The position numbers and the translations under genes are program-made. A DNA stretch of 64,000 bases, taken from the human T2T-CHM13v2.0 reference genome, Homo sapiens. The DNA is taken from the NCBI RefSeq assembly GCF_009914755.1, contig NC_060925.1, one strand, 5' to 3'. Shown here in pieces: positions 62,478 to 64,000 of the stretch. Every line of letters begins with the position of its first letter. Within the stretch, counting starts at the first letter, position 1. The notes under the pieces are model-generated. The model was not told the DNA's origin and did no database searches. It saw only the letters and a list, made by a program, of their open reading frames with translations.

Positions 62478-64000
62478 TTCTAAGGTCACCTTGTAGATAA
62501 AAACATTTAAAAATTAAAGTATATTTATATTGAAGTAACTGGCAACATTTGAAGTGGTGCCAAAACTCAATAGCAAATGATGATCTTTCGTAAATTGCGA
62601 ATTTATGTTATTGCAAAGTTCAATATAAAAAACTCCTAAAATTCTTACATAGTTGAAAATGAGCTGTCATTTAGAAATATTGTTACAGAGAATATGCATG
62701 TATCTGAAAAAGCCAAAATAAATTTTGAATGACACTAAAGCATCAAGAAAAGTCAAAATACAGCATTTCTAACAATATATTTATGATCTCAGTGATATTT
62801 GAAAGAAAAAATACTTTATCCTTCCCAGTGATCTCCTAAAATATATCTATTCTACCCTGACATATTGAAATGAATAGAGCAGGCTTTCCCAAGAGTTCAG
62901 AGTACCTCAGTTGTGGATCCAGTTATATTACAAGTTGTCTTTCTGCCTCAAAATAGGAAATGAAATAGACCTTAAGATGTGTTATCAATATTCGCAGGCT
63001 TTCTTATGATTTTTTTCCCAAAGTTACTGAAAGCTTTCAAATATGAGTGGTTCAAAGGTTTTGAAAAGAAGATCAAGATAAAATTTCTTAAATTAAAGTT
63101 CCAAAATAGTAAGACCAAATCTTAAATTAAATCTCATTTTGCATCATCCGATAATAGGAGATAGCTAAGGATATGGGTGATATTTTTCAGGAAATGTCAT
63201 GTCATATGTGATGGGTTATTTCTTTCATAGTCTCAAACATTTAATTGGAAATCTTTGCCAATTTGTGGTTATAATAACCTGTTCTGGGAATATGTGGCTT
63301 ATTTCTTGAGCAAGATTGTCATTCTATTCAATTTGATTTTAAACATGCATTTCAAATTCTTCAATGTATCCTTATAATAGCTACCATTAATGTCATCAAC
63401 TACAAACTACACTGCACAATAAGTTTTAATTTACAAATTACTTTTAACCAATACATTCTTAAGATGACGACTACAAATTACAAGTAATTTAGAGCAATTT
63501 GAAAAAAAATAAGTAAAATTATAATTGAATGGACCTATTTCAGAACACTACAATTAAATATGATAGATAAAATTGGCTAACTACATAAATTCAGGGGATT
63601 GGTACCTGCAGATTTTTATGCCTTTTTAAGAGAAGCTGATAAGGTGCTGAGTAAATCAGACCAACAAAATTTGGTAATGCCTTTTTTTTGATGCATGTAT
63701 ATCATGTTAATAGGAAACATGTAAGTTAAAGAAATAGATAGCATAGATGATACAGGAAGAAGAAAGGAAAGCAGAAGTCAGCGTGAAGGGTGGTGGGGCA
63801 GGCAGTATCCTGCAAGTGGTAAAAATGGTAAAAGCATTAGCAGGAATTTAAATTTGTATTTAGTAGGGAAGCCTCCCTAAGTATAGAGTACTATTAAAGC
63901 AAAATTCTGCAACCTATGTGATTTTAACAATAATCACATGTAATGTGTAAGTATCTGTTCAGTTTTACATTTTGCAAATTTTTATTCTTACAACATCATC

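Overview
This is AT-rich, repeat-dense human (or great-ape) genomic DNA from inside BRINP3 (FAM5C/DBCCR1L), a neuronal MACPF-domain gene transcribed on the minus strand. Only two coding exons are visible, each 191 nt with canonical AG/GT ends: 32143-31953 and 15461-15271. From memory these are exons 3 and 4. The rest is intron filled with L1 (L1PA, L1PB/L1M), Alu/FLAM, MIR, L2, MER5A, an MLT-like LTR and microsatellites. Nearly all other ORFs in the track are repeat-derived or spurious. I see no new protein-coding or prokaryote-type system. The most interesting observations are: (i) an inverted Alu pair tightly bracketing one exon, a circRNA/ADAR-type layout; (ii) a possible plus-strand antisense micro-intron over that exon's acceptor, downstream of an L1 antisense-promoter/ORF0 region; (iii) a doubly rearranged L1PA with a 19-bp TSD that lacks ORF2; (iv) two further 5'-inverted L1s; and (v) several tailless or templated micro-insertions. 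Repeat subfamily names and L1/Alu consensus comparisons are by eye from memory and need RepeatMasker confirmation.
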